A stretch of DNA of 64,000 nt from Patescibacteria group bacterium (GCA_038063515.1 JBBTUY010000001.1:74972-138971), one strand, 5' to 3'. Shown: positions 18,978-28,560, counted from the first letter of the stretch. A program made the numbers and translations. Notes: generated from the letters alone by a model not told the origin.

Positions 18978-19838
18978 TTATGCTAGTTGTATTTCTCCCA
19001 TTTCTTCTTTAATTATTTCTTTTATTTCCATAATAGAGAGTATTGCATTTGCTGTTGCTGTAGGTAGCTTCATTTCGCGTATGACTTCATCACGAGGCAT
19101 TGGCTCACGGAGTATCTTTACCACTAGTGTTTCTTCTTTTGATAGATTATCAAATAGTTTTCTTTGCTTCTCTTTATTTTTTGGGATTTCAAAACCTAGA
19201 GCCTCTAGCACATCTTCTGCACATGTTATAGGTGTAGCGCCTAGTTTTAAGAGTTTATTTGTACCTTTCGAGTTTGTAGCAAAGATAGGCCCAGGTATTA
19301 CAAGCAAATCTCTGTTGTATTCTGTGGTAAGCCTAGCAGTGATTAAGGTGCCTGACCTGTCTTCTGCTTCTATGATGAGTGTTGCACGACAAATGCCCGC
19401 CATCAATCTATTTCTTTTTGCAAAGCTCCACAGAGTGGCTTTAAAGTCAGGCTCAAATTCTGATATTAAACATCCTCCATTTTTAACTATTTCTTGTGCC
19501 AATGAAATGTTTGTTTTTGGGTACAAAACTTTTTCTGAAATTCCTGATCCCGGAAATGCTAAAGTTTTAAGGCCTACACTCATAGCTTTCTTGTGGGCAA
19601 TGCCGTCTATACCCATAGCAAGTCCTGAAACTATGACTATAGGATAATCTTTTAAGCCTTCTATTATCTTTTCACAAGCCTCCTTTCCATAAGAAGTGCA
19701 TTTCCGAGAACCGACTATACATAAATGTATTAATTTTTCGGAAGGTATCTCTCCTCTGTACCATAGATCTGTAGGTGGTTGCGGAATTTCCAGGAGGGCT
19801 TTTGGGAATTTATTTTTAGGTAATTTTTGAATTTCCAC
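18978..19838 (-). CDS. dprA: DNA-processing protein DprA
   Basis: IVGSRK, VSGLAMGIDG, FAKRNRLMAG, SGTLITA; GTG start at 19838 (longer ORF would overlap serS). Confidence 0.93.
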   Translation of the reverse strand: MEIQKLPKNKFPKALLEIPQPPTDLWYRGEIPSEKLIHLCIVGSRKCTSYGKEACEKIIEGLKDYPIVIVSGLAMGIDGIAHKKAMSVGLKTLAFPGSGISEKVLYPKTNISLAQEIVKNGGCLISEFEPDFKATLWSFAKRNRLMAGICRATLIIEAEDRSGTLITARLTTEYNRDLLVIPGPIFATNSKGTNKLLKLGATPITCAEDVLEALGFEIPKNKEKQRKLFDNLSKEETLVVKILREPMPRDEVIREMKLPTATANAILSIMEIKEIIKEEMGEIQLA

Positions 19839-19843
19839 TAATT

Positions 19844-19855
19844 TAGTATATACTA
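19844..19855. promoter_or_regulatory. Palindromic bidirectional -10 element between dprA and serS
   Basis: Perfect palindrome TAGTATATACTA gives TATACT on both strands, each 7 nt from a start codon. Confidence 0.65.
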
Positions 19856-19860
19856 TGATA

Positions 19861-21126
19861 ATGTTAGACATCAAATTTATACGGGAAAATAAAGAAATAG
19901 TGGAGATGGGTGCAAAGAAAAAGCACGTAGATATAGACATTTCACACCTCATAAGTCTCGATGACGATCGCCTAAAAACCCTCAAAGAGGTAGAAGATCT
20001 TCGTGCGGAAGTGAACAAAGTCTCAAACGATATCTCCAGACATCAAGACCCAAACCTAAAAACTCAGCTTATTGAAGAAATGCGTGCAGTAAAAGAAGAC
20101 ATAAAAGCAAAAGAAGATAAGTTAAAAAATGTGACCGAAGAATGGCAGAAAATAATGCTCCAAGTTCCAAATGTGCCTGACATGTCAGTGCCAGAGGGAT
20201 TTACTGATGAGGAGAATCAAGAGATAAAAGCATGGGGAGAAAAAACTAATTTTGATTTTGATGCTAAGGATCATATAGAGATCATGAATGCACTTCGTAT
20301 GGTTGATTTTGAAAGGGGAACAAAGATTCACGGTTTTCGAGGATATTTCTTAATGAATGATGGTGCAATGCTTTGTTTTGCTATTTGGAATTATGCAATG
20401 GAGTTTTTCTCTGCTCGAGGTTTTTCCCCTGTGATTCCACCCGTCATTGTAAAGAAGCAAAATTTGTACGGCACAGGGCACCTTCCAGGAGACGTCGAGG
20501 ATTATTATATGACTCAAGACGAAGATGCATTAGCTGGTACCGCTGAGATCCCTTTAACGGGAATGCATGGAGGTGAGATTTTAAATCATAATGTGTTGCC
20601 ACTAAAATATCTGGGATTCTCTCCATGCTTTAGAAGAGAAGCAGGAAGTCATGGTAAAGACGTGAAAGGTCTCATACGCGTACATGAATTTTATAAAATG
20701 GAGCAGGTAGTATTGTGTGAAGCAAATCACGAAACCTCAGTAAAATTCCACGAAGAAATAAATAAAAACACAGAAGAGTTTATAGAATCTTTAGGTATAC
20801 CATATCGCACAGTCATAAACTGTGGCGGAGATCTTGGTCTCGGACAAGTAAAGAAATACGACATAGAACTCTGGGTGCCAAAAGAAGGTAAGTACAGGGA
20901 GATATCTTCTGCTTCATATTTTCATGATTTTCAGACTAGAAGATTTGGTATTCGCTACAAAGATGCTGAAGGAAAAATGCACTATGCTCACTCATTAAAT
21001 TCTACAGCCATACCTACACCTCGCATACTCGTTTCTATGGTTGAAAACTTTCAACAGGCAGACGGAGGGGTACGCATACCAGAAGTTCTAAGAAAATACA
21101 TGGGTGGAAGAGAATTTATTAAATAA
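19861..21126 (+). CDS. serS: Seryl-tRNA synthetase
   Basis: MLDIKFIREN start, GTAEIP, FRREAGS, RVHEFYK, EISSAS, HSLNSTA. Confidence 0.97.
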   Translation: MLDIKFIRENKEIVEMGAKKKHVDIDISHLISLDDDRLKTLKEVEDLRAEVNKVSNDISRHQDPNLKTQLIEEMRAVKEDIKAKEDKLKNVTEEWQKIMLQVPNVPDMSVPEGFTDEENQEIKAWGEKTNFDFDAKDHIEIMNALRMVDFERGTKIHGFRGYFLMNDGAMLCFAIWNYAMEFFSARGFSPVIPPVIVKKQNLYGTGHLPGDVEDYYMTQDEDALAGTAEIPLTGMHGGEILNHNVLPLKYLGFSPCFRREAGSHGKDVKGLIRVHEFYKMEQVVLCEANHETSVKFHEEINKNTEEFIESLGIPYRTVINCGGDLGLGQVKKYDIELWVPKEGKYREISSASYFHDFQTRRFGIRYKDAEGKMHYAHSLNSTAIPTPRILVSMVENFQQADGGVRIPEVLRKYMGGREFIK

Positions 21127-21134
21127 CAAAACAT

Positions 21135-22028
21135 ATGCAAAAGCGCAACGTACTAGACTCTCCGCGTCTTTTAGAATTAAAAAAAGAAAAACATAAGATC
21201 TTTTTAAGAAAGATTTATATTTCAATCTTTTTATTTTTTATTACTGTAGTAGCTTTGTGTCTTATATCTCGTATTGATAGATTAAACATAAGTACCGTAG
21301 AAGTTAAAGGTAATAGAATAATAGATACAAAAGTAATCACTAAAATTGTAGATGATCAAACTAGAGGGTATTATGCATGGATTTTCCCAAAAACTAATAT
21401 TTTGTTTTATCCTAAAAATAATATAAAAGATAAGCTCAGTCTGGAGTTAGAAAGACTAGAGGGCATTACACTCGCTATTAAAAATAATACAGTTTTAGAA
21501 ATATCTGTAACTGAGAGAACAGGTAAGTTTATATGGTGTGGTGATAGCTTAGACCAAGAGGCAAATCAAGAAAAATGCTATTTCTTAGATGATCGTGGAT
21601 ATCTGTTTGATGAGGCGCCATATTTTTCTGGCGATGTTTACTTTAAATTTTATGGTTCGACTAGCGGAGATGCTGTAGGACGAGCCAATGGTGACGGGGG
21701 CAATGCTATAGCTGGATCTTATTTTGAAAAAGAAAACTTTCAGAAATTTATTTTATTTAAGAGTTTATTGGAAGAGATGGGTTTAAATCCTGAGAAGCTT
21801 TATGTGGAAAATGAAAATAATGCTAAGATGATCCTCCACAGAGGAAGTACTCTGGGGCGAGGAGCAGAAGTATTGTTTAAGCCAGATTTTGATGTAGATA
21901 AAGTCTCTGAGAATCTAAGAGCAGCATTTAATGTCGAACCTCTTTTATCAGATATAAAAAATAAGTATTCCTCTTTACTATACATAGACGTACGTTTTGA
22001 AAATAAAGTTTATTATAAATTCAAATGA
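21135..22028 (+). CDS. FtsQ/DivIB-like cell division protein (TM + POTRA)
   Basis: Basic N-terminus, TM helix, VEVKGN POTRA-like segment, YIDVRFENKVYYK C-terminus. Confidence 0.7.
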   Translation: MQKRNVLDSPRLLELKKEKHKIFLRKIYISIFLFFITVVALCLISRIDRLNISTVEVKGNRIIDTKVITKIVDDQTRGYYAWIFPKTNILFYPKNNIKDKLSLELERLEGITLAIKNNTVLEISVTERTGKFIWCGDSLDQEANQEKCYFLDDRGYLFDEAPYFSGDVYFKFYGSTSGDAVGRANGDGGNAIAGSYFEKENFQKFILFKSLLEEMGLNPEKLYVENENNAKMILHRGSTLGRGAEVLFKPDFDVDKVSENLRAAFNVEPLLSDIKNKYSSLLYIDVRFENKVYYKFK

Positions 22029-22124
22029 GAAGGAAAATAGAAATTTATTTATATTTTCTTGGAATGCCGAATTTATATTGTATTAAGTTATATAAATTCA
22101 AATGAGAAGGAAAATAGAAATTTA
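22014..22124 (+). repeat. Perfect 34-bp direct repeat, two copies, 43-bp spacer
   Basis: TATAAATTCAAATGAGAAGGAAAATAGAAATTTA at 22014-22047 and 22091-22124. Confidence 0.95.
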
Positions 22125-22125
22125 A

Positions 22126-23121
22126 ATGATTAATTTAGGATTTTGGGAAAAATTAAAAAGACCTATCTTTTGCTTGGCTCCTATGGCAGATGTGACTGAT
22201 TGTGTATTTAGACAGATAATTACTAAGTATGGCAAGCCCGATATAACGTGGACAGAGTTTGTATCTGTGGACGGTTTATGTTCTGTTGGTAAAGAAAACT
22301 TATTTATAGATTTAAAATATAGTGAAAATGAAAGACCCGTCATCGCACAGATATTTGGGAGTAAACCAGAGAACTTTGAGAAAGTTGCAAAGATGCTTGT
22401 GGAAATGGGATTTGATGGAATAGATATAAACATGGGTTGTCCGGTAAAAAAGATTTTAAATCAAAATGCATGCTCCGCATTAATAAGAACTCCAGAACTA
22501 GCAAAAGAAATAATTCTCGCTACAAAAAGGGGAGCAGGAAATATTCCTGTATCTGTAAAGACACGTATCGGATTTAATAAGGTTGAGATAGAATCTTGGA
22601 TTCCTGCTATTTTAGAAACAGAGCCAGCCGCACTCACTGTGCATTTGCGTACTGTAAAAGAAATGTCCAAAGTTCCCGCACACTGGGAATTAATGAAGCA
22701 GATTGTAGATATAAGAGACAATTTTTCTTTAAATGGTGAGAAGAGTAAAACTTTGATCATAGGGAATGGCGACGTGCTTGATCTAGAAGATGGGAGAAAT
22801 AAAATAAAAGAGACTGGCTGTGACGGGGTTATGTTAGGGCGAGCTATTTTCGGCAACCCGTTTTTGTTTGCAAAACAAAAACGGGTTGAGCTTGTCGAAG
22901 GGCACCCTGAATACATTCAAACAAAATTGAGAATCATGATAGAACATACGAAACTTTTTGAAAAAGAACTTGGCACACATAAAAATTTTGCAATAATGAA
23001 GAAGCACTATAAAGCATATGTAAATGGCTTCGATGGGGCAAAGGAATTACGAATCAAATTAATGGAAGCACAAAATGCTGAAGAAGTGGAAAATCTTGTT
23101 AAAACTTTTTTAAAGTCGTAA
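22126..23121 (+). CDS. dus: tRNA-dihydrouridine synthase
   Basis: LAPMADVTD, GIDINMGCP, SVKTRIG, IGNGDV, GVMLGRA. Confidence 0.95.
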   Translation: MINLGFWEKLKRPIFCLAPMADVTDCVFRQIITKYGKPDITWTEFVSVDGLCSVGKENLFIDLKYSENERPVIAQIFGSKPENFEKVAKMLVEMGFDGIDINMGCPVKKILNQNACSALIRTPELAKEIILATKRGAGNIPVSVKTRIGFNKVEIESWIPAILETEPAALTVHLRTVKEMSKVPAHWELMKQIVDIRDNFSLNGEKSKTLIIGNGDVLDLEDGRNKIKETGCDGVMLGRAIFGNPFLFAKQKRVELVEGHPEYIQTKLRIMIEHTKLFEKELGTHKNFAIMKKHYKAYVNGFDGAKELRIKLMEAQNAEEVENLVKTFLKS

Positions 23122-23156
23122 TTTTAAAAAACTAGAAAATTTGTTATACTCATCTT

Positions 23157-24203
23157 ATGTACGACCTTGCTTTATATCGTAAATACAGACCTAAAAGCTT
23201 CAAAGAAGTCTTAGGGCAGGACCACATACTACAGGTACTAGAAAGCTCTGTGGAGACAAATAAAGTCTCCCATGCGTACCTTTTTGTAGGGTCACGCGGT
23301 ACAGGAAAGACCTCGGTTGCGAGGATATTTGCAGAGAGTATTGGGGTATCAGCAAATGACCTATATGAGATAGACGCAGCTTCAAATAGGGGCATAGAAG
23401 ACATCAAAGAATTGCGTGATGGTACTCGTGTTTTACCTTTTGATTCTAAATACAAGGTGTACATCATAGACGAGGTGCATATGCTCTCTAAAGACGCGTG
23501 GGGCGCACTTTTAAAGACTCTCGAAGAGCCTCCAAAACATGTCATATTTATCTTAGCGACCACAGAACTTCATAAAGTCCCTGATACCATCATATCTCGT
23601 TGCCAAGTTTTTAATTTTAAGAAAGCGAGTGAAGTAGCATGCAAGAAAGTACTTGTAGACGTCGCTAAAAAAGAAGGCTTTGAGCTCGAAGCTTCTGCTT
23701 CTGAGCTTCTCGCAATCCTTGCTGATGGATCTTTTCGTGATGCACTTGGAGTATTACAGAAAATATTAAACTTTACTGATAAGAAAAATAAGAAAATAAA
23801 AAGGGAAGACGTGGAACGTATCACAGGATCTCCGCAGTCAATACTCGTTAATGAATTTATGCAGGCTATAGCCGAGAAGGACATAGAAAGGGGGCTAAAA
23901 GTAATCAAAAATGTTTCTGATCAGAGTTTAGACATTAAGCTTTATTTTAAACTCATCATAGATAAATTCCGAGTGGCTGTGATACTTCGGTATGCACCCA
24001 AGCTTCAAGATGAGATGTTTAATAGCGTAGGGGAGGCAGACTTAAAATTCCTCCAAGAGCTTGTAAAAAGTGATAAAGAAGGCATGCTACGCTCAAATGC
24101 TCTATCTATTCTTCTAGAGGAATACCAGAACATAGAGAATGCATTTATAACAGAATTACCCTTAGAGCTTGCACTTATTAGGATTTTGGGGCAAGATAAA
24201 TGA
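23157..24203 (+). CDS. dnaX: DNA polymerase III subunit gamma/tau (short)
   Basis: LYRKYRP, GSRGTGKTS, EIDAASNRG, IIDEVHML, LLKTLEEPP, SRC. Confidence 0.95.
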   Translation: MYDLALYRKYRPKSFKEVLGQDHILQVLESSVETNKVSHAYLFVGSRGTGKTSVARIFAESIGVSANDLYEIDAASNRGIEDIKELRDGTRVLPFDSKYKVYIIDEVHMLSKDAWGALLKTLEEPPKHVIFILATTELHKVPDTIISRCQVFNFKKASEVACKKVLVDVAKKEGFELEASASELLAILADGSFRDALGVLQKILNFTDKKNKKIKREDVERITGSPQSILVNEFMQAIAEKDIERGLKVIKNVSDQSLDIKLYFKLIIDKFRVAVILRYAPKLQDEMFNSVGEADLKFLQELVKSDKEGMLRSNALSILLEEYQNIENAFITELPLELALIRILGQDK

Positions 24204-24250
24204 ATAGATTAGGAAGTTTTAAGTTATTTAAAATAATTTGTCCATAAAGC

Positions 24251-24321
24251 TGGGGGGTCGTCTAATGGTAGGACCGGGGCCTTTGAAGCCCTTAATTTTG
24301 GTTCGAGTCCAAGCCCCCCAG
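24251..24321 (+). tRNA. trnQ: tRNA-Gln (TTG), no encoded CCA
   Basis: TGGGGGG...CCCCCCA-G acceptor stem, anticodon loop CTTTGAA, TTCGAGT T-loop. Confidence 0.93.
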
Positions 24322-24432
24322 CTTTGGGGAGAAGTTATATGAATAAAAATTCTTTAAAAGTTTTAATTCAAACTTAGTTCTATTTATATATAGAAAGATT
24401 TAAAAATACTATATTATTAATTTGAATAATTT

Positions 24433-24891
24433 ATGATAAACAATCAGTTGCAAAAAGATAAACCATGCTCATTTTGTTCTATACCAGAGATTAAAGAGAG
24501 GGCAGTTTTTGAAAACGATTTAGTATGGGCTTTTCCGACTAATATACCCATTACACCTGGGCATATTCTTGTCTCTCCTGTGCGATGCGTGAAAAGCTTT
24601 AAAGATTTAACTAATGAAGAAAGATTGGCAATTTTTGATCTTGCTGAAAAAATAATGGATTCTCTAAAGAAGGTCTATGGAGCTGAAGGATTTAATTGTG
24701 CTTGGAATCAAGAGAAGTTGGCAGGTCAGTCTGTGCCACATTTTCATCTTCATATTATCTCAAGGAAAGAAGGAGATACAGGCGTCCTCGGCTATGATCC
24801 TCGAAGCATGCTCTACAGGACAGGAGATAGGGAGCCAACAAGTGAAGAAGAACTTCTCAGGGTAAGTTATGAGATTCTTAAAAATCTATAA
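24433..24891 (+). CDS. HIT family nucleotide hydrolase
   Basis: CSFC, PITPGHILV, AGQSVPHFHLHII histidine triad. Confidence 0.93.
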   Translation: MINNQLQKDKPCSFCSIPEIKERAVFENDLVWAFPTNIPITPGHILVSPVRCVKSFKDLTNEERLAIFDLAEKIMDSLKKVYGAEGFNCAWNQEKLAGQSVPHFHLHIISRKEGDTGVLGYDPRSMLYRTGDREPTSEEELLRVSYEILKNL

Positions 24892-24923
24892 GATTGAAAT
24901 AGAGATAGTTAATTTTTTTTATT

Positions 24924-25391
24924 ATAAAAAATAAAATTGTAGTAAAAAGTTCTTTTCAAAAAGATTATGTCTATTTTTTTACTGGGCCAGTGGGGGAGAA
25001 TTTTGATTCTAACTTTAAGCCTGATCTGACCCCAAAACAGATGTTGAAACTTGGAGTCTTTGGAGGGCTTTATTTTGGAGATAAACCAAAAGAGTACCCG
25101 AAAGATTGGTTTAAAAATGCAAAGATCTCTGTAGATCACAAGTAACACAAAGAATTAAATTATTTTAATATTAATGCTAGTCAACCTATAAAGGATATAA
25201 AAATAAATTTGAGTAAAATACCATCAGATTTATCTATTCTTGATGTGGATTATGATAACTCATCTGATCTTAAGAAAAAATATGGTGTTACTTATCAGCA
25301 CACTTTTGTGCAGGTTGATAAAGATGGAAATATGATAAAGAAATGGAATGGCAGTCCAACTCTAGCGAAGCTCGTATCTGAAGTAAGATAG
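24924..25391 (+). pseudogene. Chimeric pseudogene: N-half of a conserved hypothetical fused in frame to C-half of a thioredoxin-like protein
   Basis: One frame reads FKPDLTPKQMLKLGVFGG..HK*HKELNYFNINASQP then ILDVDYDNSSDLKKKYGVTYQHTFVQVD; TAA at 25143-25145, no ATG at the apparent N-terminus, no CxxC. Confidence 0.7.
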
Positions 25392-25460
25392 AACATCACA
25401 CCTCTTTTCACTCTATTTTGCCTTAATGAAATTTTCATAATTCTGTGCTACAATATATAC

Positions 25461-25679
25461 ATGTTTCAAAATTTTTTACTTAAAAAAATGCTTCGGACAC
25501 AAGGTGTGCCTCCAGAGCAGATAGATATGCTTATTAAAATGATGGAGAAGGATCCTGAGCTTTTTAAAAACATGGCACATGAAATAGAGGAGAAGATAAA
25601 AGGTGGCATGGACAAAATGCAGGCGGGGATGTTGGTGATGCAGAAATATGAATCAAAGTTAAAAGAATTAAAAGATTAA
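25461..25679 (+). CDS. Small helical hypothetical protein (72 aa)
   Basis: Clean ORF with TGn-TACAAT 7 nt upstream of ATG. Confidence 0.75.
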   Translation: MFQNFLLKKMLRTQGVPPEQIDMLIKMMEKDPELFKNMAHEIEEKIKGGMDKMQAGMLVMQKYESKLKELKD

Positions 25680-25695
25680 TACGATACTCCCATAA

Positions 25696-27441
25696 ATGTC
25701 TTACCAAAAAGAGGACAAAAATTGCCAAAATTGTAAGTCCGAGTTCTCCATAGAACCAGAAGATTTTTCTTTTTACGAAAAGATGAAAGTTAATCCTCCT
25801 ACTTTTTGCCCTGATTGTAGATTTCAACGACGATTACTTTTTAGGAACAATAGAGTTTTTTATAAAAGTGAATGTATTTTATGTAAAAAATCCTTACTGA
25901 CTGTATATAATCAAAAAAGAAATTTTACTGTGTATTGTCGTCTATGCTGGCTTTCTGATAAATGGGACCCTATAAATTATGGGCAAGAGTATGATTTTTC
26001 AAAACCATTTTTTGAGCAATTTAAAGAACTTCAACATAAGGTACCAAGAGCTAATTTATATCAAACTAACTTTATTTCTAGTGAGTACTGTAACTACGGA
26101 AAAGATTTAAAAGAATGTTACTTGTTGTTTGGGGGTATAAATAATGAAAGGGTTTCATTTGCTAATCAACTTTTTGACTCAAGAGATTCATTTGATATAG
26201 CATTTTCCGAAAAAATAGAACTTAGTTATGAAGTTTTTGAATCTACGAGATCTAATAAGCTGTTTTTCAGTAGATACTCAGATGATTGTGTAGATAGTAG
26301 CTATCTTGTGGACTGTAGAAATTGTATAAGTTGTTTTGGCTGTGTTGGGTTAGTGAATAAACAGTATTGTGTTTGGAATGTTCAATATTCAAAAGAAGAA
26401 TATAAAAAAATAATGGAGGAATTAAATACTGGAAGTTATGAAAAGCACAAAGAAAATTTAAACAAATTACATGAATTAGAAATAAAGGTTCCTAAGCGAT
26501 ATGCTCGTATTTATAAATCAGTTGATTCAGATGGTGATAATTTATCGGAAGTAAGAAATACGCACTATTCTTTTAGTTCTCGTCAAGTTGAAAATTCTAA
26601 GTATTTATTTTTTTGTAGAAATAATACAAATGAAACTTACGACACCTCGTTTCAGGGTTACCAAACAGAGTTGGTATATGAAATAGCTCATGGTTTCGGT
26701 GGCTCAAATCAAGCTTTTGGTGTCAGGAATTTTTCAAATCAAGATGCAAGATATAATGAAGAATGTCACGATTGTAAAGATATATTTGGCTGTGAGGGCT
26801 TAAGAAAAAAACAATACTGTATTTTAAACAAGCAATACTCTAAGGAGGAATACAACGAATTATTACCTAAAATTATTAAACATATGGAAGAGATGCCGTA
26901 TGTGGACAGTAAGGGTAGGGTATATAAATATAGCGAATTTTTCCCGAGCGAACTTTCATCGTTTGCTTATAACGAGACCATAGCTCAGGAATATTTTCCA
27001 CTTACGAAAGGAGAAGCACTTGAAAAAGGTTATGAATGGGAAGATGGTGAAAAAAGAAATTATCAGATAGACATAAATACTGAAGATATACCAGATAATA
27101 TCACAGACGTTACAGATGATATTGTAGGCAAGGTTCTACCTTGTTTGCATAAAGGAGCATGTAAACAGCAGTGCACTGAGGCTTTTAAGATAGTGCCTGA
27201 AGAATTTAAATTCTACAAAAGGATGAATTTACCATTTCCTAGGCTGTGTCCAAACTGTAGACACTATGAGAGGATAAACTCCAGAAACCCACTCAAATTA
27301 TGGAATAGAAGTTGTATGTGTAGTAAGATGGGTCATTCTCATGGTAATGAGAAGTGTGTTATAGAATTCAAAACTTCATATGCACCTGAAGGGCCAGGGA
27401 TGATTTATTGTGAAAAATGTTACCAGCAGGAAGTTTATTAA
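25696..27441 (+). CDS. Cys-rich multi-zinc-ribbon hypothetical protein of CPR type
   Basis: CQNC, PTFCPDCR, CRNCISCFGCVGL, PRLCPNCRH, IYCEKCYQQEVY. Confidence 0.8.
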   Translation: MSYQKEDKNCQNCKSEFSIEPEDFSFYEKMKVNPPTFCPDCRFQRRLLFRNNRVFYKSECILCKKSLLTVYNQKRNFTVYCRLCWLSDKWDPINYGQEYDFSKPFFEQFKELQHKVPRANLYQTNFISSEYCNYGKDLKECYLLFGGINNERVSFANQLFDSRDSFDIAFSEKIELSYEVFESTRSNKLFFSRYSDDCVDSSYLVDCRNCISCFGCVGLVNKQYCVWNVQYSKEEYKKIMEELNTGSYEKHKENLNKLHELEIKVPKRYARIYKSVDSDGDNLSEVRNTHYSFSSRQVENSKYLFFCRNNTNETYDTSFQGYQTELVYEIAHGFGGSNQAFGVRNFSNQDARYNEECHDCKDIFGCEGLRKKQYCILNKQYSKEEYNELLPKIIKHMEEMPYVDSKGRVYKYSEFFPSELSSFAYNETIAQEYFPLTKGEALEKGYEWEDGEKRNYQIDINTEDIPDNITDVTDDIVGKVLPCLHKGACKQQCTEAFKIVPEEFKFYKRMNLPFPRLCPNCRHYERINSRNPLKLWNRSCMCSKMGHSHGNEKCVIEFKTSYAPEGPGMIYCEKCYQQEVY

Positions 27442-27489
27442 ATGTAATAATATAATAAAGTTAGGAATTTTAAAAATTTTAATTAAAAT

Positions 27490-28560
27490 ATGCGTATTTT
27501 AGATGATGTAAAACTAGACTATCAAGATGTACTTCTTAAACCAAAGAGGAGTACTTTAAAATCAAGAAAGGATGTAGTTCTTGAGAGGACTTTCACTTTT
27601 TATCATTCTCCAAAAAAATGGACTGGTATACCTATCATGACTGCAAACATGGCTACGTGTGGGACTTTTGAACTTGCTCGAGTACTGTCTAAGTATAAGA
27701 TGATCACTACTTTTCATAAGTATTATACGGTGAAAGATTATGAGAATTTCTTTAAGACTTTTAATAACCCAGACTATATTTGTTATACACTCGGCATTCG
27801 AACAAAAGACTTAAAGCAATTAAAAGTAATGAAGAAAAATGGTTTACTTGATAAATTTTCTTTTATTTGTCTCGATGTACCAAATGGTTATCTACAGGAT
27901 TTCCTAGAAATTATTAAAGATGTGAGGAAAATGTGTCCGAAACATATCATCATAGCTGGAAATGTAGTGACGAATGAAATTACTGAAGAAATAATTTTAT
28001 CCGGTGCTGATTTAGTAAAGATAGGCATAGGTCCTGGCTCTGCGTGTACTACGAGACGTATGACGGGGGTAGGGTATCCACAGCTCTCTGCTGTCATAGA
28101 GTGTGCAGACTCTGCTCATGGGATATCAAATGACAGAGGAGTGGGGAGGATTATAGCTGATGGAGGGCAGCAGTATCCTTCAGATGTATCTAAAGCATTT
28201 TGCGGAGGAGCGGACTTCAATATGTGTGGTTCACTTTTTTCTGGTTTTGAGCAAAGCGGGGGAGAGACAATTATAAAAAATGGTAAGAAGTTTAAAGAAT
28301 ACGTCGGTTCATCTTCAAATAAAGCTATGAAAGAACTTTATGGTAAAAAAGATATACACAGAGCAAGTGAAGGTAGGTACGTACTTATGCCGCATAAGGG
28401 TGATATTAATGATTTTATACAGGAACTTCTAGGAGCTATGCGAAGTACTGCGACGTATATAGGAGCTCGGAATTTAAAAGAATTTCCAAAAAGAGCAACT
28501 TTTATGAAAGTAAATAGACAACTCACATCTTATCTAGAGAGATACGACACAGGAGAGTAG
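27490..28560 (+). CDS. guaC: GMP reductase
   Basis: DVLLKPKRSTLKSR, KIGIGPGSACTTR, YPQLSAVIECADSAHG, RASEG. Confidence 0.93.
   Translation: MRILDDVKLDYQDVLLKPKRSTLKSRKDVVLERTFTFYHSPKKWTGIPIMTANMATCGTFELARVLSKYKMITTFHKYYTVKDYENFFKTFNNPDYICYTLGIRTKDLKQLKVMKKNGLLDKFSFICLDVPNGYLQDFLEIIKDVRKMCPKHIIIAGNVVTNEITEEIILSGADLVKIGIGPGSACTTRRMTGVGYPQLSAVIECADSAHGISNDRGVGRIIADGGQQYPSDVSKAFCGGADFNMCGSLFSGFEQSGGETIIKNGKKFKEYVGSSSNKAMKELYGKKDIHRASEGRYVLMPHKGDINDFIQELLGAMRSTATYIGARNLKEFPKRATFMKVNRQLTSYLERYDTGE

Noticed and set aside
18811-19647. Long antisense ORFs (278 aa here; also 3136-3693, 36399-36911, 51012-51584, 58129-58659, 60686-61207)
   Set aside because: Shadow frames of well-supported genes with no recognisable motifs.
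19839-20018. N-terminal extension of dprA in the ORF track (similarly pepN 2651-2722, murA 12431-12460, 41052-41108)
   Set aside because: Overlaps neighbouring genes, a tRNA or hairpins; downstream starts fit homology and promoter spacing.
22014-22124. CRISPR mini-array
   Set aside because: Only two repeats, non-palindromic, the first lies in a CDS end, and no cas genes in the window.
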